Origin: a virus
Lineage: Duplodnaviria > Caudoviricetes
Reading direction: 5' to 3' (one strand)
IMG/VR virus record: IMGVR_UViG_3300034052_000013
Coordinates: 1 to 64,000 of that record
DNA length: 64,000 nucleotides
The notes under the pieces: model-generated
Told to the model about the DNA's origin: nothing
The model's database searches: none
The model's input: only the letters and a program-made list of their open reading frames with translations
Shown here: piece by piece, positions 30,731 through 41,400 of the stretch
Position numbering within the stretch: the stretch's first letter is position 1
Layout: every line of letters starts with the position of its first letter
Made by a program: the position numbers and the translations under genes

Positions 30731-33700
30731 ATGAGTAGACAATTTTGCCCTGTTACAAGTTCTCCTGATTGGATTAATCATGAGAGTCTTGTTAAATACC
30801 CTTATACATCTTGGATTGCTAATAAAGGTAATCCTATGAACTTAGCTCCTAATGGGGCTAATAGTGTTTTATTTGAAGATTTAAAAAAAAGTCTGTCAGA
30901 GAAAGTTTCTAAAAATGAATTTTTAAAATTTACCGACTTACACGACAACCCTTCAATTCAACAAACTATTTTTAATAAACAAGGCAAAGTTAAGAAATAT
31001 GACTATAATGTAGCTTTAGAAATAATGGTACGTTTAAATAGTGCATATGAAGAAGAGGGTTTTAAATTTCAAGTTACAAAAGACCTAGTTACCCCTACTC
31101 ATTTTAATATTATTGTTTCTAAAATAGAAGATGGAGTCACTACAGAATTACAAAACAATTCAATAGAAAATACTGCTATAATAGCTAAAGCATCTATATT
31201 ATCTAACCCTAAGAGTGAAAATTTACCTAAAGATGAAAATGGTGAAGTTATTCTTAATGAAGAGTCTAAGAAATTAATAGATTTCACACCTAAACAAAAT
31301 AGTGATGAAATTCTTAAGTTAAACTTATCTGCAGCATTAAGTCAAAATTTTGACCCAGAAGTTTATTTTGCTAACCTGTATGAAAATAAGGTTGGTGCAA
31401 CTCTTTCAGCTAATGCTCCTTTAATAACTTTAGGGTTTAAATCTGGTATGGTTGTAGGTGAACCTGCTTTTGATATGCAAGTTCAAAAACTTTTAACACT
31501 TACAGCAGAATTACAAAATGTTACCATAGTTCAAAGTTCTAATACCGGATCTACATTAACTTCTAGATATACAGAAGGTCTTACAAAAAACCCTCTTAAT
31601 GTTCAAGAAGAGTTGGCAACTTTAAGAAAAATTTTACCTAATGTTCCTATTACTGTGCGTAATGGTTTACTTCATTTAGGTAATGGTGAAGTTGCTGAAG
31701 GTACATTTGCAGATGGTGTAATTACAATCTTTACTGGTGGGAGTGCTGGTGTAGGTTTACATGAAGCTTTCCATGCAGTTAGTACAGGAATTTTAACTGA
31801 GAAACAAAGAAATATTGTTTATAATGAGTTAAGAGCTTTAAACCCTAGTTTATCAGACGAACAAATTGAAGAAGAACTTGCTGAGAAATTTAGAGAGTGG
31901 TATTTAGGAAAAGGTGATATGAAAGATATGCCAAGTTTAATTAAATACTTATACAACATTTGGAAAGATTTAGTTATGTACTTTACTAACAGTAGTGAAG
32001 TTGATAAACTATTCAATAGAATACGTAATGGAAAATATGCTAGTAGTAAATTTACAACTAATCAAAAACAATTGTTCTCTAAATTAGGTATATATAATGA
32101 TATGCAAGTGGAGATTGTAGAAGCATTAACATATTTATTTGTAGAGAAAGCTGGTTTTCGTTTAACAGAAAAAGATTTAGATTTAGATTCACCTAAAGCT
32201 GCTAAGTTTTCAGAACAAGTGTTTGTTGAAGTTCATAATGCTATTATAGATATAATTGAACAAGCTGAAGAGAATGGAGAAGATGAAGAGTTAATAGACC
32301 GTCTTTACTTTATAGTACAAAAAGGTGAAGATGGTGCAGAGGACAATTGGACACCTTTAAAACAAATTGTCAAATATGAGTTAATGAAATACTCAATTGG
32401 TTTTGAAGATAAAAAATCTAAAGCTGCAAAAGAATCTGCTGAGAAAGCTGCTGCAACTGTTGAAGAAGATCAAAAAGTTAAAGGTGGTCTTAATATAGGT
32501 AACGCTGTTAATTTTGAAGGTAAGCAAAATGCTACAGGACAAACTAAATTGTTAATAGCAATGTTACAAGATTCTAAAGAACCTTCTAAATACTTTGGTG
32601 AATACTTACCTAAGTTAGCTAATTATGATAAAACTTATAGAGCTCTTGAAGATGGTTTAGCTAATGTTACTGGTGGTAAGATTGTTGATGGTAAACCTCA
32701 AAGTATTCGTGAAGCTTTGTTTGAAAGACTTAAAGAAATCTCACAAGAACACCCACAGTTGCAAGAGTTAGTCCATAATTTTGAAACAAAAAAAGTTTCT
32801 GATTTTAAACAGAGACAATTTTTTACAAATTTTCATAAAACAAAAGTTAATTATAGGAGCTCCTTATATCGTAAAGATAATGAAAGTTCTTACACTGTTA
32901 AGAAAGGGGATGCTGACCAAAATAATAAAAGTAGAATTATACGTGCTGAATGGAGTAATGATTTTATTTTAAAACATGTAAACTCAAAAGGTCAAGTTTT
33001 TAATGTAGATATTTTAGAAGCTTCTATTAAAGCTTTTGAAGATGCTTATAAATACTATTCTAAAAAAGAAACAACTCTAGAAAATGTAGAGCAAAGTTAT
33101 AACACTGCTATTGAAAGACTTACAGAATATTTAAACAATTTAGGTATTGAAGTTTCTGAAGGAGGCCTTGCTAAATTTGTCACACAACAATACGGAGAAG
33201 ATTTAAAATATCAAATGAGTAGAGCTTTTGAAAAAATTTCTAAAGCTTTAAGTGGAACTAAAGTTAAAAATACTTTAGTTAATAATATTAAAAATGGTAT
33301 AGACCCACATAAGAATTTTATAACTGACCAACGTGTGTTTTTAGAACTAGCAGAAGTTGAAGTTCCTTTTAGAAAACTTCCTACATCTAATGTTATTAAA
33401 GGTTCTGACAATAAAGATTACTGGACAAAATCTTTAAATAACAATATGACAAAAACATTACAACTTTGGAAAAACAACCCTGAGTTGATAAAACAACTTA
33501 ATGATAAACAATATCATAAAGGTTCTCATTGGTTACCTATGTTATATGAAAACAATCTTTTAAGAGACCAAGTAGAAGTAACTGTTTGGTTATTTAATAA
33601 ATTAGAACAATCTTCTGACGTAGGTGTAGACTATTCAGATTTAATTGAAAAAGATGAGTTTATAGAAAGACTTAACGACACATTATATGGTCGTGTAGGC

Positions 33701-36700
33701 AAAGCTTCACACTCAACATTAACTCTTGCAGATAAATCTTTATGGTATAATTTTGAGGGTTTCCCTACAGAAGTATTATCTAATTTTCAAAAAGAAGGTT
33801 CTAAAGGTATCAGTGAAAAGGGTGTAGATATATTTTATAAATATGCTTTAGCTGAAGCTGAAAAAATTTCTTACAATTTAAGAAACAGTAATGATTATAC
33901 AGAATACAAAGGTACAGAATCTTTTTGGTTTCCTGAATTAAACTATGACTCTAAGTTTGCTAAAGATAATGCATTATACAATGCAGATTTTTCAATCAAT
34001 ATTAATGCTGAAGAAGCTATTAAAGAGATGATTGCTGACACTCTTGTTAAACGTATTGCTGAAGTTAGACAAAAGCTTACAGATAATGGAGTTCTTTTAA
34101 CTAACACTGAGAAAGGTAAGAAAGTAGAGTACCTTTTAGGTGTAGATAAATCTATCCAAGCAAAATATTCACTAGGGTCTGCTGCCTCTAAACAAGCAAT
34201 AGATAATATGATTGGAGATTTTGTTATGAATAATATGATAGCTAATATTGAAACTACAATGTTATTTACAGGAGACCCTGCTTTTTATAAAGATTTAGCA
34301 AAACGTACTCCAGCTATTAGTTCTACTGGTACAGATTATATACCTGATGAAACTGCAGGTATTCCTGAAAATTATAATTTAGCAATCTCAACAGAACCAA
34401 TTTCATCTACAATCTATGAAGATTCTTTAAAGAAAGCTTTTATAAAAGATGTTAAAAAACGTAACCCTAAAATATCTAAAGAGGATTTAAATAAAAAGGT
34501 AGATAGTTTAATGAAACCTTATTTAAATATGAAAACTTCAGATGGTGGGGGTTTAATTACACCTAAACGTTGGAGAGATATTATGAGAGCTGTAGGTGTT
34601 TTTAATGATGAGAAACACGGACCTTTATATGATAAGTTAATTGAAGATTTTAGTGCAGAAGGTTTAACTGATTTAATGAAACAAATGGGTTTTCCTTATG
34701 GTAACCCTATTAAAGGTCACCATTTTGAATTAATACAAAAAGAGGATTCAGAAATTGCTCAACCTTTATTTTTAAAATATTCTCAGTTTGTAGCTTGGGC
34801 ACCTGTTGTTAAAGGTACAATATTAGAAGATATCGTTAAGAATATGGAAGCTAATAATATTGATGAACTAGTTCCACCTTCAGCTGTTAAAGTTGGTATG
34901 GAGTCTTTAGTAGACTTTGATATGTTATCGACTTTAGGTGTTAAATTAAAACCTATAACTTTATCTAATATGGGTTGGAAACTACAAACAGAAACACCTT
35001 CTAAATATGAGAAAAAAGGAGAGTCTTTAGTAGGTTCTCAACCACAAAAGAACATCTTAGTAGGTATTTTAGGTAAGAGTTTTGTTATAGATGGTGAAAC
35101 TGTCTCAGGAGAAGAGATGTTTAAACGTCTACAAGAAATTCAAATAAGACTTTCTGACAAAGGTTTAGCTAACACTAGACGGTCATGGGGTATGAAACCT
35201 GTTGAGGTTACAATAAAAGGAGAGACAGTCGAGATATATGACGATAAGATTCATAGACGTAAACACTTATATGATGAATTAATAGAGGAGTTCAGAACAG
35301 AAGGCACTCCTGAAAATATTATAGAAGCTCTTGAAATGGGGGTGCCATTTGATGCACTTTTCCAAGGGGTTACTAAAATACAAAATAAGTTAAGAGGTAA
35401 AGTTAAAAATAATGCAGTTCAAACACAAGCACATGGTGGAGCTTTTATACAAATACCTAACACAGGTTTTGCTAAAAAACAAGGTTTTACTAACCATGCT
35501 GAACTTGTAGTTGCCAGTAGAAATGAACTTATCTACTTAAAAGATGTAGACCAGATTCATGGTCCTCATATAGATAAATCAGGTAAAGTTATTCCAGGTG
35601 ATGTTTTCTTACCTTATAGTGTAATTAAAAAAATACCTAACATAGACCAATTGATTAAAGAAGGAAAAGTTACAGGTAAATGGTTACGTGAACAATTGGG
35701 AGAAGGTGTATTAGATGTTATTGGATATCGTATACCTAACCAGGGTTTATCTTCTATTGACACTTTAGAAATTGCAGGTATACTACCACCTTTCATGGGA
35801 GATAGTATTGTTACATACACTGAAATTGTTGGTAAGACTGGATCTGACTTTGACATTGACAAAATGTATGTGCTTATGCCAAATACTGTATATAATAAAA
35901 ATACAGGAAAAGTAGAAATAGTTACTCCTAATACAAGTTCTAAAAAAGGTTTAGAAAATTTACGTATTAAACTTTGGAAAGCTGTATTAGAAAATCCAGA
36001 ATCTTTTGGTGAAGTTATGACCTCTGTTGATGCAGATTGGTTAGCTGAAGATGCTTATTATGTAGAAGCTTTATCTATTCTTAAAAGTGACAAATCACTA
36101 TTAAAAACTTTAGGTTTTGAGACAATTGAACAATTTACTACAGCTGAGAATAAAAAACAAATAGCTAGAAAAGCTCTTTCTAATAGAAAATATAAAGCTT
36201 TAGAATTTGCTTCTCCTTTAGAACAGGTACGTTTAAAGAAAGTAAACTTAGCTGGTAAAGCTGGTGTTGCTCAAAACGCTAACCATATCGTACATATTCC
36301 CCTTGCTCAACAAGCACATTTAGGATTTAATGGTAATATTACAAATGTTGTAAAAGGTACTAACACTTTAGATTCAATTTTAAATGCTGATAAAGAAGAT
36401 ATTGCACAAGTAACTTCAGCATGGGTAACAGCTTATGTTGACTGTGCTAAAGACCCTTACATTGCATTATTAAACAATAATACAAAAACAAGTAACACTG
36501 TATCTTTAATGGTACGTATGGGGATTTCTCCTGAATACGTTAACAGATTTATGACACAACCTATAATTGTAGATTATATAAATGAACTTTACAATCAAGA
36601 TAGTAGATTTAAAACTTTTGAAAAAGAAAGATTAAACTATTACTCTTTTAAAGTAGATTCTACAGGGTCTTTAGTTAAAACTAAAAAAACAGGTCGTCCT

Positions 36701-38467
36701 GACATTGTTAACAGAGTGTTGTCAAAATATGAGGATGTGTCTAAAATTAAAACAATAATTAAAGAAATTACAACTGTTCAAGGTTTAGAAGCAGAACTTT
36801 TAAATCCTACTAAAAACCAAGTAGAGATATTTAAACAATTTTTAATATTTCAAAAATATGGTTCAGATTTAAGTAAAGTTGTAAAAGCAAGTCGTTATGA
36901 TGTTACTGCAGGTGAAAAAGACTCAGCTTCAGCTTATGCTCAACAACAAGTGTTTGCAGAGGCAATGTCTCTTGAGACTATTACTAATGTTGAAAACTTA
37001 TTTGAGGATACTGCTTTAGGAACTTATAAAAGAAACTCTGCAGATTTTCTAAACAGAGTGTTGTCAAGAGAGTTTTTAACAGATAGTAAAGGTGCAATTG
37101 TTGCTTTAGAGGAATATAAGAAAGCAAAAGGTATAGAATATCTTACAAATTATACAGAAATTAATGAGGTTCTTAAAGCTCTTAAAGCTTATTCACATTC
37201 TGCATCTTACATGACTCAAAGAAATGGTAGACAAATTCAACAAATGTTCTTTGGTGAGAACACTATGGTACACAAACTTACAAAACTTAAAGAGATGTAT
37301 CCTGAAAGTGTTTTAATTGACTCTTTAGTAAGATACATTGAAAGAGAAGACCCTAAAGCTCCTATGTTTATATATTTACCTTCATCTAAAATTACAGATG
37401 TTAATGACATTAACACTTTATTAGGAGACTTTGAAGAATTGTATAGTGAATTTGGAGATAATGTAATTGAAGATGGTTATACTGTAAGAAACTTCTTAGA
37501 TGATTTAGCAGCTATGTCTTACTACACTTCAGGGTTTAACAGGTCTTTTAATTCATTTTTTGAAATTTTACCAGCTTCTTACTTAGCAGGTAAATTAGCT
37601 GGGCAAAGTCCAAATAAAAGTTTCTATAATAATTATGATATACATAATAGTTCTAATGTCTACAACAGATTACGTTCTTTAGATTCTATGGAGAATTTCT
37701 CAGACCAATTTTTTAGACATAATTTTGGTAATGATGGGGTTATGCCAGTTATAAACTTATATTCGACATATGATTATAATACTTTTACAACAAGTTTAAA
37801 TACTGCTAAATTAACTACATATGGTATAAAACCTTATCTAAATTTTACAATGGGTTTTACTATTGAAGATGAAAATTTACCTGAACTTTTAATAGCAAAT
37901 ACTTCTCCTGTAGATCCAAGAACAGGTGAAAAAGGGGAAGTTAAAATTCCTGTTGCATATATGTCTATTGTAAATAACTTTAATGATACTGTGCACGGAT
38001 ATAAATATGCTGGTAAACGTGGTAATACACATTACTTTACAGCTGTTACTCCATTAGGTTTAAATAATAAAGGTTATAAAATATTAGAGTATCAAGTTGA
38101 TAAATCTGTAATAAGTGCTGTTAACCCTACTGTTCAAGGTTTACCTCTTGAAGTGTTAGCCTCAGTACAAAAAGAAAATAGTTATGGAGACTCTGCTATA
38201 AATTTTGGAAAAAGAGTTGATATTGACGAAGAAAGTTTTACCTTTGACAATATTAAAAATAAAACCTTTAAACTTAAAGAGATTATTAAAGATAATCAAA
38301 CTTACTATCAAGGTGTAGTAGAGTATGTAAAAGCTGGTCTTACTTATACAAGAACTGTAACAGAGCTAATGTACCCAAATAAAGAAGAAGCTTTAACAGC
38401 TTTAGAAGAAAAACTGAGAAAACACTCAGTAGATATTGTAGATGATGTAATAACTAATATGTGTTAA
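30731..38467 (+). CDS. virion RNA polymerase (double-psi beta-barrel) with N-terminal zincin-like domain
   Basis: Catalytic GSDFDIDK (35846-35860) preceded by YRIPNQG; HEAFH (31760-31774) plus downstream EEELAE. DFDID is the known motif of crAss-like vRNAPs such as phi14:2 gp66. Confidence 0.9.
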   Translation: MSRQFCPVTSSPDWINHESLVKYPYTSWIANKGNPMNLAPNGANSVLFEDLKKSLSEKVSKNEFLKFTDLHDNPSIQQTIFNKQGKVKKYDYNVALEIMVRLNSAYEEEGFKFQVTKDLVTPTHFNIIVSKIEDGVTTELQNNSIENTAIIAKASILSNPKSENLPKDENGEVILNEESKKLIDFTPKQNSDEILKLNLSAALSQNFDPEVYFANLYENKVGATLSANAPLITLGFKSGMVVGEPAFDMQVQKLLTLTAELQNVTIVQSSNTGSTLTSRYTEGLTKNPLNVQEELATLRKILPNVPITVRNGLLHLGNGEVAEGTFADGVITIFTGGSAGVGLHEAFHAVSTGILTEKQRNIVYNELRALNPSLSDEQIEEELAEKFREWYLGKGDMKDMPSLIKYLYNIWKDLVMYFTNSSEVDKLFNRIRNGKYASSKFTTNQKQLFSKLGIYNDMQVEIVEALTYLFVEKAGFRLTEKDLDLDSPKAAKFSEQVFVEVHNAIIDIIEQAEENGEDEELIDRLYFIVQKGEDGAEDNWTPLKQIVKYELMKYSIGFEDKKSKAAKESAEKAAATVEEDQKVKGGLNIGNAVNFEGKQNATGQTKLLIAMLQDSKEPSKYFGEYLPKLANYDKTYRALEDGLANVTGGKIVDGKPQSIREALFERLKEISQEHPQLQELVHNFETKKVSDFKQRQFFTNFHKTKVNYRSSLYRKDNESSYTVKKGDADQNNKSRIIRAEWSNDFILKHVNSKGQVFNVDILEASIKAFEDAYKYYSKKETTLENVEQSYNTAIERLTEYLNNLGIEVSEGGLAKFVTQQYGEDLKYQMSRAFEKISKALSGTKVKNTLVNNIKNGIDPHKNFITDQRVFLELAEVEVPFRKLPTSNVIKGSDNKDYWTKSLNNNMTKTLQLWKNNPELIKQLNDKQYHKGSHWLPMLYENNLLRDQVEVTVWLFNKLEQSSDVGVDYSDLIEKDEFIERLNDTLYGRVGKASHSTLTLADKSLWYNFEGFPTEVLSNFQKEGSKGISEKGVDIFYKYALAEAEKISYNLRNSNDYTEYKGTESFWFPELNYDSKFAKDNALYNADFSININAEEAIKEMIADTLVKRIAEVRQKLTDNGVLLTNTEKGKKVEYLLGVDKSIQAKYSLGSAASKQAIDNMIGDFVMNNMIANIETTMLFTGDPAFYKDLAKRTPAISSTGTDYIPDETAGIPENYNLAISTEPISSTIYEDSLKKAFIKDVKKRNPKISKEDLNKKVDSLMKPYLNMKTSDGGGLITPKRWRDIMRAVGVFNDEKHGPLYDKLIEDFSAEGLTDLMKQMGFPYGNPIKGHHFELIQKEDSEIAQPLFLKYSQFVAWAPVVKGTILEDIVKNMEANNIDELVPPSAVKVGMESLVDFDMLSTLGVKLKPITLSNMGWKLQTETPSKYEKKGESLVGSQPQKNILVGILGKSFVIDGETVSGEEMFKRLQEIQIRLSDKGLANTRRSWGMKPVEVTIKGETVEIYDDKIHRRKHLYDELIEEFRTEGTPENIIEALEMGVPFDALFQGVTKIQNKLRGKVKNNAVQTQAHGGAFIQIPNTGFAKKQGFTNHAELVVASRNELIYLKDVDQIHGPHIDKSGKVIPGDVFLPYSVIKKIPNIDQLIKEGKVTGKWLREQLGEGVLDVIGYRIPNQGLSSIDTLEIAGILPPFMGDSIVTYTEIVGKTGSDFDIDKMYVLMPNTVYNKNTGKVEIVTPNTSSKKGLENLRIKLWKAVLENPESFGEVMTSVDADWLAEDAYYVEALSILKSDKSLLKTLGFETIEQFTTAENKKQIARKALSNRKYKALEFASPLEQVRLKKVNLAGKAGVAQNANHIVHIPLAQQAHLGFNGNITNVVKGTNTLDSILNADKEDIAQVTSAWVTAYVDCAKDPYIALLNNNTKTSNTVSLMVRMGISPEYVNRFMTQPIIVDYINELYNQDSRFKTFEKERLNYYSFKVDSTGSLVKTKKTGRPDIVNRVLSKYEDVSKIKTIIKEITTVQGLEAELLNPTKNQVEIFKQFLIFQKYGSDLSKVVKASRYDVTAGEKDSASAYAQQQVFAEAMSLETITNVENLFEDTALGTYKRNSADFLNRVLSREFLTDSKGAIVALEEYKKAKGIEYLTNYTEINEVLKALKAYSHSASYMTQRNGRQIQQMFFGENTMVHKLTKLKEMYPESVLIDSLVRYIEREDPKAPMFIYLPSSKITDVNDINTLLGDFEELYSEFGDNVIEDGYTVRNFLDDLAAMSYYTSGFNRSFNSFFEILPASYLAGKLAGQSPNKSFYNNYDIHNSSNVYNRLRSLDSMENFSDQFFRHNFGNDGVMPVINLYSTYDYNTFTTSLNTAKLTTYGIKPYLNFTMGFTIEDENLPELLIANTSPVDPRTGEKGEVKIPVAYMSIVNNFNDTVHGYKYAGKRGNTHYFTAVTPLGLNNKGYKILEYQVDKSVISAVNPTVQGLPLEVLASVQKENSYGDSAINFGKRVDIDEESFTFDNIKNKTFKLKEIIKDNQTYYQGVVEYVKAGLTYTRTVTELMYPNKEEALTALEEKLRKHSVDIVDDVITNMC

Positions 38468-38469
38468 TT

Positions 38470-41400
38470 ATGGCAAGTTGTCCTTATAAAAAAGATCCTG
38501 ATTGGATTTCATTAGTAGCAAAACATGGTGAGCTTGAAGCTTATTACTTATATGTACATAACGGGTATAAAATACCTACAAATGTATCTGAGGTTCCACC
38601 TCAACATACTTGGGCTAAAGAAGATGAAGAGTTAGTACAAAATTTAAAAGATATTACTCAACTTCGAGAAGAAATACTTATAAGTTTAGTTACCAAAGCA
38701 AACATCTTTTCAAAACAAGAGGAATTTACAGGTAACCTTAAAACTTTAATAAAAGATTTAGTTGAAGCAGATATTCAAAAAAGTATTATTATTTTCTTAG
38801 ACAATACTAATAAAAAGATGGAAGCTTTAAAACAAAGAATGAGAGACAATTCTGATGACATTGAAGCTCTTAAACTTATTAAAGATTTCTCTACAACATA
38901 CGAATTAGTTTATGATATGGGTAGAGTGTTGGCAAAATCTGATAAAACCTCTTCTAAAAAATTAAAAAAGTATATTAATAAAATAAAAGGTGACCTTAGT
39001 GAACTTAATGACATGTATATCAGATACTCTAGGGATATTCTTGCAAAAAGTTTAGCTCAACACTCAACTGTTATTCGTCATGAATACAAAGTAAAGTTTG
39101 CAAAAGAGTTTAAAGATAATCATGATAAAAAATCATTTAAAGATGAAGCTACTTATGAAGAAGCTAAATTTAAATATGTAGATGAAAACATTACACGATT
39201 ACACGACCAAATACAAAAAGAGGAAGAGCAAAATATTAAAAGATTATTAATAACAGCTCCTGAAGATATTAGTGAAATAGTTAAGTCTATATCAGACCCT
39301 AGAAATATTAAAGACCATATTTTACAATTGGCTGTTCTTACTTTAGATAATGCAGACCATAGAGCATATTCACAATTTATCGAAGATGAAAGAACTGTTT
39401 TAGAAAAGTTTAAAAACTTTCAAGGAAAACGTGGAGCTGTGATGACTGACCAAACTAAATTGTACAATGGTATTATTGAAAAGATAGATGGTGTTGAAAC
39501 ACAATACTATGTGAGAAAACATTACAGCACTTATTATGAAGCTTTAAATAGATTTTTTAAAGAGCGTAAATCTCTTATAGATGAAAGAGATTATTATGAA
39601 CATAAAGACCTTGAAAAATATAATGAACTTGTACAAAAAGAGCAAGAGTTGGTGACAGAATTTAGAGATAAATGGTTCGATATGCCTTCTGATGCAAAAA
39701 GTAATACAGATTTTTGGCATGCAATTAAGTATGATAAATGGGTTAAACAAGAATTTGTTAACCCTCAATTCACAAATATGTCTGCAGATACTAAACAAAT
39801 GTACGATTTTTTAATTGAGTTTAACCAGGAGTCAGATAAATTAGTTCCATATCGTGCACGTCTAGGGTACAGATTACCTTCTGTAGATAAAACTAAAAGT
39901 GAAAAGATTCAAAGTTCTTTAAAGAAAGAAGGTTCTGTTTGGGGAAATATTAAACGTAGTGTACAACAAACTTTAGGTCTTGTTGAAAGTGATACAGAGT
40001 TTGGGGATTTAGAAACTTCAGTTGATAGTGAAGGTAATAAGATAATAAAAGTTATTCGTGATGTTGGTGGTAAAGCTTATGAACACATAGCAGTACCTTT
40101 TAGACAACCAATTAGTGCACAAAACCAATCTTATGATTTAGTTGGTATGGCTTTATCTAATAGATATGTCTCACTCAACTATGCTGAGAAATCGAATATA
40201 AAGGTCGAATTAGAGGTTTTAAAAGATATTACAGCAGATAGGACTGTAGTTAAACGAAAAGGTCTTAAAACGCAAGTTATACATGCTTTTAATTATGAAA
40301 AATTAACGGGTGAAGAGTTGTCAAATATTCCAGACACTCTTAAAGGTATAGAAAGTAAATCTCATAAACGATTAGTGTCACTTTTAGAAGACAGGTTATA
40401 TGGTAAACATAATGTGCCTACAATGATTGGTAGTGTGTCTATGGATAAAGTTGCTTCATTACTTACAGGTTGGTCAGCTGATTTAATGTTGATTACAAAT
40501 GTTTGGGGTGCTGTTGCAAATACATTGAATGGAAAAACTATGAACTTTTTAGAAGGTACTAGACGTATTCACTATGATAGAAAAAACTTAAGACATGCAG
40601 AGGTTTCTTATTGGAAAGATATGGGTAATATTGCAATGGATTTTGAAGAACTTTCTCCTAATAGTATTACCAATATTTTAATGCAAGAGTTTTTAGACTC
40701 TTCTATAAATTTTGACCCCCTTTCTAATAACTTAGTTAAAGATAATAAAGTTAAAAGGTTATTCAATAAAAAAACTTTACATGCTGCTAATACAATGGCA
40801 GAACATTATATTCAAGGCACACTTATGTACGCTGTTTTAGACAATTATAAAATATTAAAAGACGGTAAATATATAGATGCTAAAGGTAATGTTACTACAA
40901 GAGAAAATGCTTTAACTTTACGTGAAGCTTTTAAAAATGTAAAAGGAAAAGCAACCTTACCAAATGGGTATACTGTAGAAGGTTTTTCACAAAAACAAAT
41001 GGAAGAAGGTTTGTATAAAGAAATTATTCGTAGAAAAATTAAGGATGTCACAGCAGATTTACAGGGTCAATATGACAGTGTAAATAAAGCTGAATGGGAA
41101 CGTATGTTCTATGCTAAATTAGTTTTATTCTTACGTAAATGGGTTATTAGAGGTTCTCAAAGAAGATTTATGGGATTAAAATATGTAACTACAGATTTTA
41201 ATGAGATGAGTAGAGATGATAAATTTTATTCTGAAGCTGCTCAAGAATATAAGGAAGGTACTTACACTACAATGTTTAGATTTTTTAACTCAGCTAGAAA
41301 AAATTTAATCTCTTTAAAAGGGCAAACAGAAACTTTATCAATTGGAGATAAGTGGAAAGATTTGTCTGATTATGAACAAGCTCAAATTAGATCTGCTTTA

